Notes under the pieces: generated by a model | What the model saw: the letters and a program-made list of their open reading frames with translations, nothing else | What the model was told of the DNA's origin: nothing | The model's database searches: none | Translations under genes and position numbers: made by a program | Shown: positions 9,279-17,556 of the stretch, one piece after another | Layout of the letters: the number at the start of each line of letters is the position of its first letter | How positions within the stretch are numbered: position 1 is the stretch's first letter | Source: Pirellulales bacterium | Lineage (GTDB): Bacteria > Planctomycetota > Planctomycetia > Pirellulales > UBA7805 | Direction of reading: 5' to 3' | Length of the DNA: 64,000 bases | Assembly: GCA_029245145.1 (NCBI GenBank) | Contig: JAQWPY010000005.1 | Span: forward strand, 11,990-75,989

Positions 9279-10873
9279 TGTCCGGAGACGGACAGCCCTG
9301 TGAAGAAGACGTTACCACCGGCGTTGATTTTTGCGTTCTCAGGCTCGAAGTGCACTTGATAGGGGGCCATGGCCAGTCCGTTGATCCAAAACATATCCCA
9401 CGCCATGCGGAAGCTGAGGTTCGGATTCACGTTGTACTGGGTGAACATTTTTGTCTCTAAAAATACCGAGTAGACGCTGGTCCGCTGGGCACCCGAATAC
9501 CGCCAGGATACCTGATCACCCGACTGACTCCTGCTCGGCAAATTGTCGGCGAATACGTAAGGGTTGACCCCTGGGCCGAAAACTTCCTGATAAATGCTTT
9601 CGGGCAAACTGCCTCCATCGCCTGTTCCAAAAATGTCCCGTCGCATATCGGCAAAATTGACATAGGCGCCCACCTTGCCCATCGCGCCGGCACTCCATGT
9701 CTTGGTAACCCACTTGTAGTCTCCACCAAACTGCAAGCCAAAGAGCGCGTTGTTCGTTTTAACCTGGTAGCGACCCTGGCTATTAGTCCCAGCCCCGCGA
9801 CTCAACCAGAGAAGTCTCTCCTCGAGGCTGATATACCGCATGCCAGCGAAAAATGATGGTACGCCTCCGTCGGTAATCTGTCGAGTCCAAGTTCCATCTG
9901 GCATCGCAACCATGCGATCCCTTCCGGGTCGGTGCGAGAGACGAACATTGAGTTCAAAACTATCGAAATCACTCGAATACGCGAATTCCTGAGTATCGAC
10001 TGCATCGAAACCGGGAATCAAGGTCACGCCGAGTGGAACACTTTGACCACCAAGGGTGATGGGACCCCTGGTGCTTCCACCTGGTCCCGTTTTATTCAAG
10101 GCGGTAAAGAGTTCGCTCTGAAGTGCGCTTGCGAGTGTGAGGTCGGTATCCCAATCAAAGAGACCAAGAAAGCCAAACTCGACGCTCGCATCCCGATTGA
10201 AATAGTCGCGGCCCAGATATCGCCCCATCGTCAGTCCGAGACCGGGCTCAAATCGAAACCCTTTGTGTCGCGTTGTAATCTGATTGATCGGGGTATCGAC
10301 AATGGGAGCCCCGGAGGTACCAGTCGCAAGTCCCGAAAGGTCTAATGCGAGTACTTTAGGCTTTCCGCTCGATCGCCAAATACCAGCTGCCGTGGTATCA
10401 ACGTACCAGTGACCGTTGCGATACCAGTCGCCGCTGCTGAAGACCGGAGCCAGAAAATCGCGTAATTGATATTCCTCCGGCTCGTTATACATCGATTCCT
10501 CAAGCAGCCACTCACCGGATGCGTCACCGTCACTTGAGGAATTAGTGGAAGACGCGGTTGAGCCTGCATCCCCTTTTTCAGTATCCGCCGATTCACCCGA
10601 GTCACTTTTTTCGGAGGTCTGCGGATCGCTCTTCGTGCTACCACCACTCCCTTCCGGGAGGGGCAAGCGATAAGGGGGAACCGACCCCGACTCACCTGCC
10701 GAAGCATCGGGAAAATCGAGGGGCGGAAGATCTTCGATCGCCAAATCCCAGACGTCTTGCGCAATGGCAGGTCGCACCATGAGGCAACAAACCGTTACCA
10801 TCAATAAGGTGAACCAGTTTCTATTCCGGGCAGTGTCTCGAAGCAAAGGTAATCTCCCTTTTGACTTTCTCAT
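9266..10873 (-). CDS. putative outer-membrane beta-barrel protein (BBP7-like)
   Basis: The likely start is MRKSKGRL..., followed by a hydrophobic signal segment ending AIAQD. Next comes an acidic Ser/Asp/Gly-rich linker, then alternating beta-strand-like sequence rich in G/Y/F/W. The C-terminus is ...SVSGQWVW (aromatic terminal residue). Confidence 0.5.
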   Translation of the reverse strand: MRKSKGRLPLLRDTARNRNWFTLLMVTVCCLMVRPAIAQDVWDLAIEDLPPLDFPDASAGESGSVPPYRLPLPEGSGGSTKSDPQTSEKSDSGESADTEKGDAGSTASSTNSSSDGDASGEWLLEESMYNEPEEYQLRDFLAPVFSSGDWYRNGHWYVDTTAAGIWRSSGKPKVLALDLSGLATGTSGAPIVDTPINQITTRHKGFRFEPGLGLTMGRYLGRDYFNRDASVEFGFLGLFDWDTDLTLASALQSELFTALNKTGPGGSTRGPITLGGQSVPLGVTLIPGFDAVDTQEFAYSSDFDSFELNVRLSHRPGRDRMVAMPDGTWTRQITDGGVPSFFAGMRYISLEERLLWLSRGAGTNSQGRYQVKTNNALFGLQFGGDYKWVTKTWSAGAMGKVGAYVNFADMRRDIFGTGDGGSLPESIYQEVFGPGVNPYVFADNLPSRSQSGDQVSWRYSGAQRTSVYSVFLETKMFTQYNVNPNLSFRMAWDMFWINGLAMAPYQVHFEPENAKINAGGNVFFTGLSVSGQWVW

Positions 10874-11169
10874 AGCCGTCGTTGCGCGCACGCGGCATTG
10901 CCACAACTTGATCAGGGGTGCGGCTTCAACGGGGTCATCGACCAAATTCCTTGGCTCTCGCTAGGAATAATCGATAAAATCAGAAAAATCGGCACAGATT
11001 GCCTATTTGTTACAAATCACCGAAAAAAGGGCCTCCCACTTCGCGTAAGGTCCTTCATGCATCAGAGGGTCGCCGGGTATGGTGAGTTGTCGCTCCCCGG
11101 CCCTGGGCCTTATGCTGTCGTTACTTGCATTTTCCTCCTCGATTCTCTCTCCCCTTTGAAAGCGTTGCC

Positions 11170-13323
11170 ATGCCGTTTGATCGCTATATTCCCTGCCCCT
11201 GTGGAAGTGGAAAGAAACTCAAATTCTGCTGCGAGGATTTGCATGTGGAACTCGAGGCGATCCAAAAAATGCTGGAGGGGGAACAGCGACTCGCATGCCT
11301 GGAATACCTTGAAAAGGCACTTGAGTCGCAACCGGATCGTGCTTGTCTGCTGGCAATTAAAGCCCTCCTCCAGTCGGAATTACAGCAAACCGAAGCACTC
11401 GAGGCAACGCTTGCACATTTCGAGGAAACACATCCCGGCAACCCGATCGCAGCGGCCGAGCGGGCGATTCAAATGGCAGAGTCGGGCGATCCGCATCTCG
11501 CGGTGATCAAATTGCAGGAGGCACTCAAAATTGTCGATGCGCAGATGCCGGTTCGAGTCTATGAAGCGATCGGCATTCTCGGGCGATCACTGTTGGCAGT
11601 CGGAAATGTGCTTGCGGCACGAGCACATCTCCTGCTCCAAGCCTCGATCGGCGGTTCAGAGGATCCTCGGGCCATGTCGCTGCTCGCCCCTTTGGTACGC
11701 TCTCCGGAAATTCCCCTGCTTTTGAGAGATGAGCAACCGCTTGTGGAACCCCCCGAGGGGACCGACCATCGCGATGCAATTCAGCAGGCCCTCCGCATCG
11801 CAGCGACCGGCAAGTGGCTTGAGGCGGCCGATCAATTGGAGGAACTCGCGCAGCAGAAACAAAATCCCGCGGTTCTCCGAAATTTGGCCATTCTGCGCGG
11901 TTGGCTCGCCCAAGTCGATGGGGCCACAGACGTCTGGAAAAAATATGCCTGCCTCGAGGACATTCCTTCGGACGATGCGATTGAAGCTGAAGCGCTCACC
12001 CAACTCATCGATCCCAACCTTGCGTTTGATACGGTACCACTCGTCTGTCAAACACTCGAACTTCTTGACGCCGATGGAGTCGCTGCCCTGCTCTCCGCAA
12101 ATCGTCAAACAGAAATTCTCGGAGAACCACAGCCAAGCCCACTGCAACAGGAGGGACAACCCTCACCCCGTCTCGTCTTCTTACTCCTCGACCGAGAGAT
12201 GCCTGCCTCCGGGGCCGGAATCGCCCTTGAGGATCTGCCCTGCGTCCTGGGCCAGGGCTACCTTTTCGGAAGAGAAACCGATCGAAGCGCCCGCGTGGAA
12301 TTCGTTTTTTATCAGGATGCGCAAAGTGATGACGCGCTCAAACAACTCAACCAGGTGACCGATAACTCGCTGCAAAAAAACGATGAGACCACCTTGAGTG
12401 AGGTTCCGGATATCGAGCGAAAAATGGGAAAGCAGACCCGTGTTCCTCCCGACACGCCGGTCGCCGATCGCGAAAGACTTGCAGGGGAAAAGCAGCAGGA
12501 GGCGCTCTTTACAATCTGGCCCGATCTACCACAACCGGTACTCGACGGCAAAACCCCTCGCGAGGTCGCGCAAGCAGAGCATACCAGCTTCGAACTCCAA
12601 GCGGCCATCCTCGTATTGGAAACCTCGAACAATTCGGCTGAGGATACTATCGACTTCAATCAGTTGCGAAACGCCTTGGGTGTCCCGCTCCCTGAGCCGA
12701 TTTCTTCGGAAAGCGTCGATCCGGAGCGTTTACCGATGGTCCGCATGAACCGGGTCGCGGTGGAGGAAATGTCAGATGCGTGGTTACTCCAAGCATATCG
12801 CCGGGCTGCAATGCTTGCCGCCACAAATGTCCTCGGTCGCCTCGCAAGTGAAGTTGTACAACGTGAAAGTCTCGACGGGCAAGTTGACAAAGCGGAAGCT
12901 TGCGGACTGATGGCTGGTGTTTCACCGACAATTCAACAAGCGATCGAATGGTTACACCAGGCGAGGGAATGGGCGGCAAAAGAAAAAACTTCGCCGGCCC
13001 GCTGGTTGCTCGCCGAGTTGGACCTCCATCTACGGGGTGGCGACTCCGCAGCCGCACAAGGCCTACTCCAGGAAATACAGAGCCAATATATTCGTGAACC
13101 GGGCATTGCTCAGGCACTCGTCCAACTCCTGGCGAAATACGGGATTATCGATCCGCGTGCAGCGGTCGCTGGAGGAGTGCCGCCGGGGGCGGCAGCCGCG
13201 AGTGGGCCGGAAAGCGTCTCAGCAGCGCCTTCAGCACAGGAAGAGGAACAAAAAATCTGGACTCCCGACGGCAGCGCCTCTGGACCGCAGAAAAAATCTG
13301 CCATCTGGACTCCGGATGACTAA
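11170..13323 (+). CDS. SEC-C motif-containing protein with helical-repeat body
   Basis: ATG at 11170 gives MPFDRYIPCPCGSGKKLKFCCEDL, the SEC-C metal-binding motif. The body is a long Leu/Ala-rich helical region. The C-terminal tail has two IWTPD repeats. Confidence 0.7.
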   Translation: MPFDRYIPCPCGSGKKLKFCCEDLHVELEAIQKMLEGEQRLACLEYLEKALESQPDRACLLAIKALLQSELQQTEALEATLAHFEETHPGNPIAAAERAIQMAESGDPHLAVIKLQEALKIVDAQMPVRVYEAIGILGRSLLAVGNVLAARAHLLLQASIGGSEDPRAMSLLAPLVRSPEIPLLLRDEQPLVEPPEGTDHRDAIQQALRIAATGKWLEAADQLEELAQQKQNPAVLRNLAILRGWLAQVDGATDVWKKYACLEDIPSDDAIEAEALTQLIDPNLAFDTVPLVCQTLELLDADGVAALLSANRQTEILGEPQPSPLQQEGQPSPRLVFLLLDREMPASGAGIALEDLPCVLGQGYLFGRETDRSARVEFVFYQDAQSDDALKQLNQVTDNSLQKNDETTLSEVPDIERKMGKQTRVPPDTPVADRERLAGEKQQEALFTIWPDLPQPVLDGKTPREVAQAEHTSFELQAAILVLETSNNSAEDTIDFNQLRNALGVPLPEPISSESVDPERLPMVRMNRVAVEEMSDAWLLQAYRRAAMLAATNVLGRLASEVVQRESLDGQVDKAEACGLMAGVSPTIQQAIEWLHQAREWAAKEKTSPARWLLAELDLHLRGGDSAAAQGLLQEIQSQYIREPGIAQALVQLLAKYGIIDPRAAVAGGVPPGAAAASGPESVSAAPSAQEEEQKIWTPDGSASGPQKKSAIWTPDD

Positions 13324-13403
13324 ACTTCGGTCGCGGCAGGGTCACCTCAGACGCTGTCGCATCTCCGCGCAAAATCACAGCAAAATTTCCCTTCGGGGTC
13401 GCG

Positions 13404-14504
13404 ATGACTGATCCACACGACGACTTGCGCTGGATGCAACGTGCTCTGGCACTCGCCCGGCAAGGAGAGGGACGCGTGGAACCGAATCCGATGGTTGGCT
13501 GTGTGATCACACAGGCAAATCGAGTTGTGGGAGAGGGATTCCACACCGCTTTCGGCGCCGATCATGCGGAAATCGAGGCACTGCGTCAGGCCGGTGAGCA
13601 AGCCGCAGGCGGCTGCCTTTACGTCAACCTTGAACCATGTTGTCATCAAGGAAAAACCGGTCCTTGCACCCAGGCAATCATCGAAGCACAAATCGGTCGA
13701 GTCGTCGTTGCGCTCAAAGATCCGTTTCCGCAGGTTGCAGGCAAAGGCCTCTCTGTATTGGAATCCCATGGCATAGAAATTGTGACTGGCGTCGCGAGAG
13801 CTGAAGCAGAGGAATTAAATGCGCCTTATTTACATGCCATCGAGACGGGACGCCCATGGGTCATCGCAAAGTGGGCAATGACACTGGATGGAAAAATTGC
13901 CACCTCTACAGGCGAAAGCCAATGGATTTCGACCGCTACTTCCCGCGCAAAAGTTCACCAACTCCGCGGACGCGTCGATGGGATTGTCATCGGCCGGCAA
14001 ACCGCACAACAAGACGATCCGCTGCTGACAGCGCGACCGCCCGGTCCGCGCACCGCGACACGGATCGTGCTGGATTCAAATGCACAGATCGCCTGCGATT
14101 CGCAACTCGTTCGTTCCGCAAAGGAGGTGCCCCTCCTCGTCGTCACCGGCGAGCATGCACCGGAAGAAGCCACATCGCGGCTCGCAGATGCCGGTTGCGA
14201 AATTTTAAAGATCGACCAGCAATCCCCGAACGAACAGTTGCGCTGTCTCCTCGAAATACTCGGCAAACGCAAAATGACAAATCTTCTTGTGGAAGGGGGA
14301 GGTACCGTCCTGGGCAGCTTACTCGATGCAAGCTTGATCGATGAAGTACATGCGTTTATTGCGCCGCTGATCGTCGGCGGGACGGGCCCTGGTCCAGTCA
14401 TGGGAAACGGAATCAAACAACTCGATATGGCACGGCGTCTCCCGCAACTCAAGGTCGAGCAAATCGACGGGGATCTCTACCTTTGGGGCCGTTTTGCACG
14501 GTAA
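13404..14504 (+). CDS. ribD: bifunctional diaminohydroxyphosphoribosylaminopyrimidine deaminase / 5-amino-6-(5-phosphoribosylamino)uracil reductase
   Basis: Deaminase zinc motifs HAEIEAL and EPCCHQGKTGPC, plus a C-terminal reductase domain (KWAMTLDGKIA, LLVEGGG). Confidence 0.9.
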   Translation: MTDPHDDLRWMQRALALARQGEGRVEPNPMVGCVITQANRVVGEGFHTAFGADHAEIEALRQAGEQAAGGCLYVNLEPCCHQGKTGPCTQAIIEAQIGRVVVALKDPFPQVAGKGLSVLESHGIEIVTGVARAEAEELNAPYLHAIETGRPWVIAKWAMTLDGKIATSTGESQWISTATSRAKVHQLRGRVDGIVIGRQTAQQDDPLLTARPPGPRTATRIVLDSNAQIACDSQLVRSAKEVPLLVVTGEHAPEEATSRLADAGCEILKIDQQSPNEQLRCLLEILGKRKMTNLLVEGGGTVLGSLLDASLIDEVHAFIAPLIVGGTGPGPVMGNGIKQLDMARRLPQLKVEQIDGDLYLWGRFAR

Positions 14505-14594
14505 AACTCCCCCTTAGAAGAATTTCGAACTGCCTAAATCTGTCATTTCCTCACCCGCTTCCTGCTCGGGCTCGATGCTCAACGCGCCTTTTTC

Positions 14595-14623
14595 TTGTCA
14601 TATTTTTTCCCTCTGACTAGAAT
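14595..14623 (+). promoter_or_regulatory. candidate sigma70-type promoter (TTGTCA - 17 nt - TAGAAT)
   Basis: TTGTCA at 14595..14600, a 17-nt spacer, and TAGAAT at 14618..14623, inside a 470-bp intergenic region. Read directly from the sequence. Confidence 0.4.
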
Positions 14624-14635
14624 CGGGTCTATGGA

Positions 14636-14667
14636 GAGTCTCCCAGAGAATTCTCTGAGGGAGACTC
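14636..14667 (+). other. long imperfect hairpin / palindrome
   Basis: GAGTCTCCC (14636..14644) pairs with GGGAGACTC (14659..14667). The inner AGAGAATTCTCT is itself a perfect palindrome, with a 2-nt bulge. It begins about 13 nt after the candidate -10 box. Confidence 0.6.
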
Positions 14668-14911
14668 GTGCTCGAGGTGTTCGTAAGATCACCTATACGG
14701 GCTCCTGTGCAGGGTTGCACGCCAATTTTTACTTTGTTGAACATCCGAAAACCCTTGGCGTGGAACGGTGGCGACGCTCCGAGTGATCTATCGGGACAAA
14801 TAGATCTGCAGTTTCGGTGCGAGCGTTTGAAGAGGCACCCCGTTAAACCAGAGTCAGGCAAGGAATGCCACGCAGCACATCTTCAGATTGTGTTGTGTCT
14901 GGGGTTGGTCT

Positions 14912-14945
14912 ACCTCGTGGAGAAACGAGGTTTCCAATATTTTTG
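14912..14945 (+). terminator. weak terminator-like hairpin
   Basis: ACCTCGT (14912..14918) pairs with ACGAGGT (14925..14931) around a 6-nt loop, followed by TTCCAATATTTTTG. The T tract is interrupted, so the call is weak. Confidence 0.3.
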
Positions 14946-14975
14946 ATAGCCCTCTTTAAACACGGAGCCAGTCTA

Positions 14976-15491
14976 ATGAGCACAGTATCTCCACCGCCCC
15001 GCGACGGCAAATCGCCACCGGTCGAATTGCAAGAGACCGGTAGTCCCACTTCCGAAATCCCGAAGGCTCTTAATTGCATCGCTAAAGTGAGACAACGTCA
15101 GGGAATGACTCTTCGGACCGTTGCCCGACGTTGGAATCTCGACGTGCCCGACGTGCGACGGATGGAGCATCCCACTAATGATATCCGCATCAGCGAGCTG
15201 CATGCATGGCAGCGCTTGCTCGAGGTGCCACTCCACGAACTCCTTGTCGACAGCGAGTTACCCCTCTCGCCGCCTATCTATCAGAGAGCCCAGTTCCTTC
15301 GTTTGATGAAAACGGTGGTTACTCTGCGCGATAAGTCATCGGATGCGGAGGTGAGCTATTTGATCGAACGCTTGCTCCAGCAAATTTTGGAAATCATGCC
15401 CGAGCTTAAGGATGTCGGCCCCTGGCATGAGACCGAAGAACGGGTCGATCGTCGAAGCCCGGTGGTCTACGAAATTCCTGAGAGTTATTGA
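14976..15491 (+). CDS. helix-turn-helix (XRE-like) domain protein
   Basis: ATG at 14976 (MSTVSPPP...). The segment VRQRQGMTLRTVARRWNLDVPDVRRME...ISELHAWQRLLEVPLHELL resembles an XRE/Cro-type HTH. Confidence 0.6.
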   Translation: MSTVSPPPRDGKSPPVELQETGSPTSEIPKALNCIAKVRQRQGMTLRTVARRWNLDVPDVRRMEHPTNDIRISELHAWQRLLEVPLHELLVDSELPLSPPIYQRAQFLRLMKTVVTLRDKSSDAEVSYLIERLLQQILEIMPELKDVGPWHETEERVDRRSPVVYEIPESY

Positions 15492-15523
15492 GGCGCCGCG
15501 AATGGTTCGGCAGAAAAACCAGA

Positions 15524-16561
15524 TCATACCCCGACAAAACGTGCAAACGCGGCTCGAGCCTCCGCAACGTCATCGGTGCCGCCCACGATCGCCCTCCCGT
15601 CTGGAAAAAGCGTAAATTCAAATTTTTCGATGGTAAAACGAAGCAGAAATTTATTCTGCACCACCTCTCCGCGCTCGGCCAGTTTCTTTGCCAGGTGTTT
15701 GAGATCCAGCCTTTGCCCCTCAAGCGACCGGAGTTGCACGGCATTCCGTCCGCAGAGAACCGCCGTTTGGCTACCGCGGTCTCCTTGCAGCCAGGGAGCC
15801 TCGCGACCGCTGCAGGCAGGGCAATCCTCCTGTGATTGAATCGATTGCGTTCCGATCTGACGAAGGCGATTGTCCCAAAGATCGATAATCGTCAATCCGG
15901 CCTGAATCGCATCGGAATTGCCACTAAGAATTTTAATCGCCTCGGCCGCCTGGATACTCGCAACCACGTTCACGATACTGCCGAGGATTCCCGCCGTATC
16001 GCATGTCGGTGTCTCTCCCGGTGCCGGTGGTTCCCGCATGACACACCGCAGGCACGCTGTCTGGTGCGGGATGACTGTCATCGTCTGACCCTCCGCGCCG
16101 ATGCATCCTCCATAGATCCAAGGGATATCTAATCGCAAAGCGGTATCATTCAGAAGCATCCGCGTCTCGAAGTTATCAGTTCCATCGAGGATCACATCGA
16201 CTGAATCTGCGAGTTTCAGGATGTTGCGATGATCGACATCCGCAACCAGCGGTTCAATCTCGATCTCGGAATTGATCCGTGCCAGTTTTGTCGCGGCAGC
16301 AACCGCTTTGGGAAGCCGGGCCGCCACATCCTCCTCGTCAAAAAGAACCTGTCGCTGGAGGTTATTCAACTCCAGAAAATCTCGGTCCACGATGCGGAGG
16401 TAGCCGACTCCCGCTCGTGCGAGCGTGTTGGCAATCACCGAACCAAGGGCCCCACACCCACAAATAAGCGCACGCCCCTCGCCCAGCCGCGCTTGCCCCG
16501 AGCGGCCGAGCGGTTCGTACCTCCACTGCCGAGCATAACGATCTAAGGAATCATCCGACAC
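15524..16561 (-). CDS. ThiF/MoeB/HesA family adenylyltransferase
   Basis: RYARQ...LGEGRALICGCGALGS (nucleotide-binding loop), DRDFLELNNLQRQ, and CxxC pairs CLRC and CPAC. It has a GTG start and about 90 extra C-terminal residues. Confidence 0.85.
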   Translation of the reverse strand: MSDDSLDRYARQWRYEPLGRSGQARLGEGRALICGCGALGSVIANTLARAGVGYLRIVDRDFLELNNLQRQVLFDEEDVAARLPKAVAAATKLARINSEIEIEPLVADVDHRNILKLADSVDVILDGTDNFETRMLLNDTALRLDIPWIYGGCIGAEGQTMTVIPHQTACLRCVMREPPAPGETPTCDTAGILGSIVNVVASIQAAEAIKILSGNSDAIQAGLTIIDLWDNRLRQIGTQSIQSQEDCPACSGREAPWLQGDRGSQTAVLCGRNAVQLRSLEGQRLDLKHLAKKLAERGEVVQNKFLLRFTIEKFEFTLFPDGRAIVGGTDDVAEARAAFARFVGV

Positions 16562-16617
16562 GATTTCGGTAAACCTCTCTGAATCGATTTTTCAAACGGG
16601 TCGCTTACCAAGTCGCT

Positions 16618-17556
16618 TCAATATAACGCGCCGGAAGCTGAGGCGATGTACCCGGCCATTTGCGGATATTCGGTCGTGCGCCGCTGCAGATCATCGCACT
16701 CTCTGCGAGCGTCTCTCGGCGAAGTACCGGAGGGAATCCGGCAAAACACCATGCGTGGGACGCTGCGATCTGCAGACGGATCTTGCAGAAGCAAGGCCTC
16801 CTCGAGAAACAACACTTGCGCCCAGGGAGGTGACTGCGTATCGTGAGCGTCGATCACCACGGCACGGAGCAGGGAGTCGACAGTCGACTCTTGCAGTTCA
16901 GCGGGGTCTAGATCTTTGGAGAAAACAACCATGCCGATCGCCGGCCAGCAGGCAAGTCGAGTGAAGGGAAAGGCCCCCTCTTGCATCAGTTGCCCCTGGC
17001 ATTGCAGGACCAGAAAAACTCCTTTTTGCGAGGCCCTCTCACAAAGTGTTTCTCGAAATCCTCTCAGTAACAGTGCGCTGCCCGTGGTACGGCATGTCTC
17101 GAGCAACGTCTCCTGATCATGCGGACTCTCAAAATCTTGTGGCAGGTCGATGATTCGCATGACATGCCGGCGACCTCCGCACATGATATTCTCGCGTTGG
17201 ACTGCCAGAGAACGAATTCCCAGGTACAACGATTCATTTTTTACCTCTTTCGCTTCCCCGGTCGCCACCTGCACGTCAGCCCGATAAAGATAAGGGCGAT
17301 CCGGAGCCCAAAAACACGGATCGGGCACAATCGCGGTGAGAACCTGCTCACCGGATCGTTCGCAAAGTTGCAACCGCAAGTCGGCAGGCAAGGTCTGGGT
17401 GCCCTCGCAGTAGGGACCAGAGATGGTTCCGGCGAGTAGCGTTGTCCCGGGGGCACAGACCCGCAAGAAAAGTTCTGCCTCGACAGGACTCGTACCGCCC
17501 CAGGAGGCAAGTATGGGGGTGTTTGCGGCGTGTGGCGAAGGCATCGCTTGTGGCAT
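16618..17556 (-). CDS. hypothetical protein with GH2-like beta-sandwich signature (degenerate)
   Basis: 312 aa. The segment FWAPDRPYLYRADVQV...LYLGIRSLAV resembles the GH2 W-x-P-E-x-P-x-LY ... G-[FI]-R motif. Its ATG directly abuts the upstream TAG stop (TAGATG). Confidence 0.5.
   Translation of the reverse strand: MPQAMPSPHAANTPILASWGGTSPVEAELFLRVCAPGTTLLAGTISGPYCEGTQTLPADLRLQLCERSGEQVLTAIVPDPCFWAPDRPYLYRADVQVATGEAKEVKNESLYLGIRSLAVQRENIMCGGRRHVMRIIDLPQDFESPHDQETLLETCRTTGSALLLRGFRETLCERASQKGVFLVLQCQGQLMQEGAFPFTRLACWPAIGMVVFSKDLDPAELQESTVDSLLRAVVIDAHDTQSPPWAQVLFLEEALLLQDPSADRSVPRMVFCRIPSGTSPRDARRECDDLQRRTTEYPQMAGYIASASGALY

Noticed and set aside
13324-13403. An FMN (RFN) riboswitch associated with ribD.
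   Set aside because: The 80-nt upstream gap is too short. Neither it nor the downstream region contains the conserved RFN core strings I know, such as GGGCGGGGTGAAATTCC-like and GACAGT...GGATGGGAGA-like elements.
14595-14946. Small ORFs in the ribD/HTH intergenic region (63 aa at 14595..14786 plus strand, 87 aa at 14598..14861 minus strand, 92 aa at 14668..14946 plus strand) as real genes.
   Set aside because: They are mutually overlapping, lack convincing Shine-Dalgarno contexts and have Arg/Cys/Pro-rich compositions without motifs. I treated the region as non-coding (see the sRNA/leader finding), though a short peptide starting at ATG 14631 cannot be excluded.
15524-16561. The ThiF-family E1-like enzyme as part of a ubiquitin-like conjugation or antiphage (Cap2/Bil-type) system.
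   Set aside because: No E2-like, JAB/DUB or ubiquitin-like (beta-grasp, C-terminal GG) gene is adjacent. The protein is a single adenylation domain with CxxC zinc pairs, typical of sulfur-carrier activating ThiF/MoeB enzymes.
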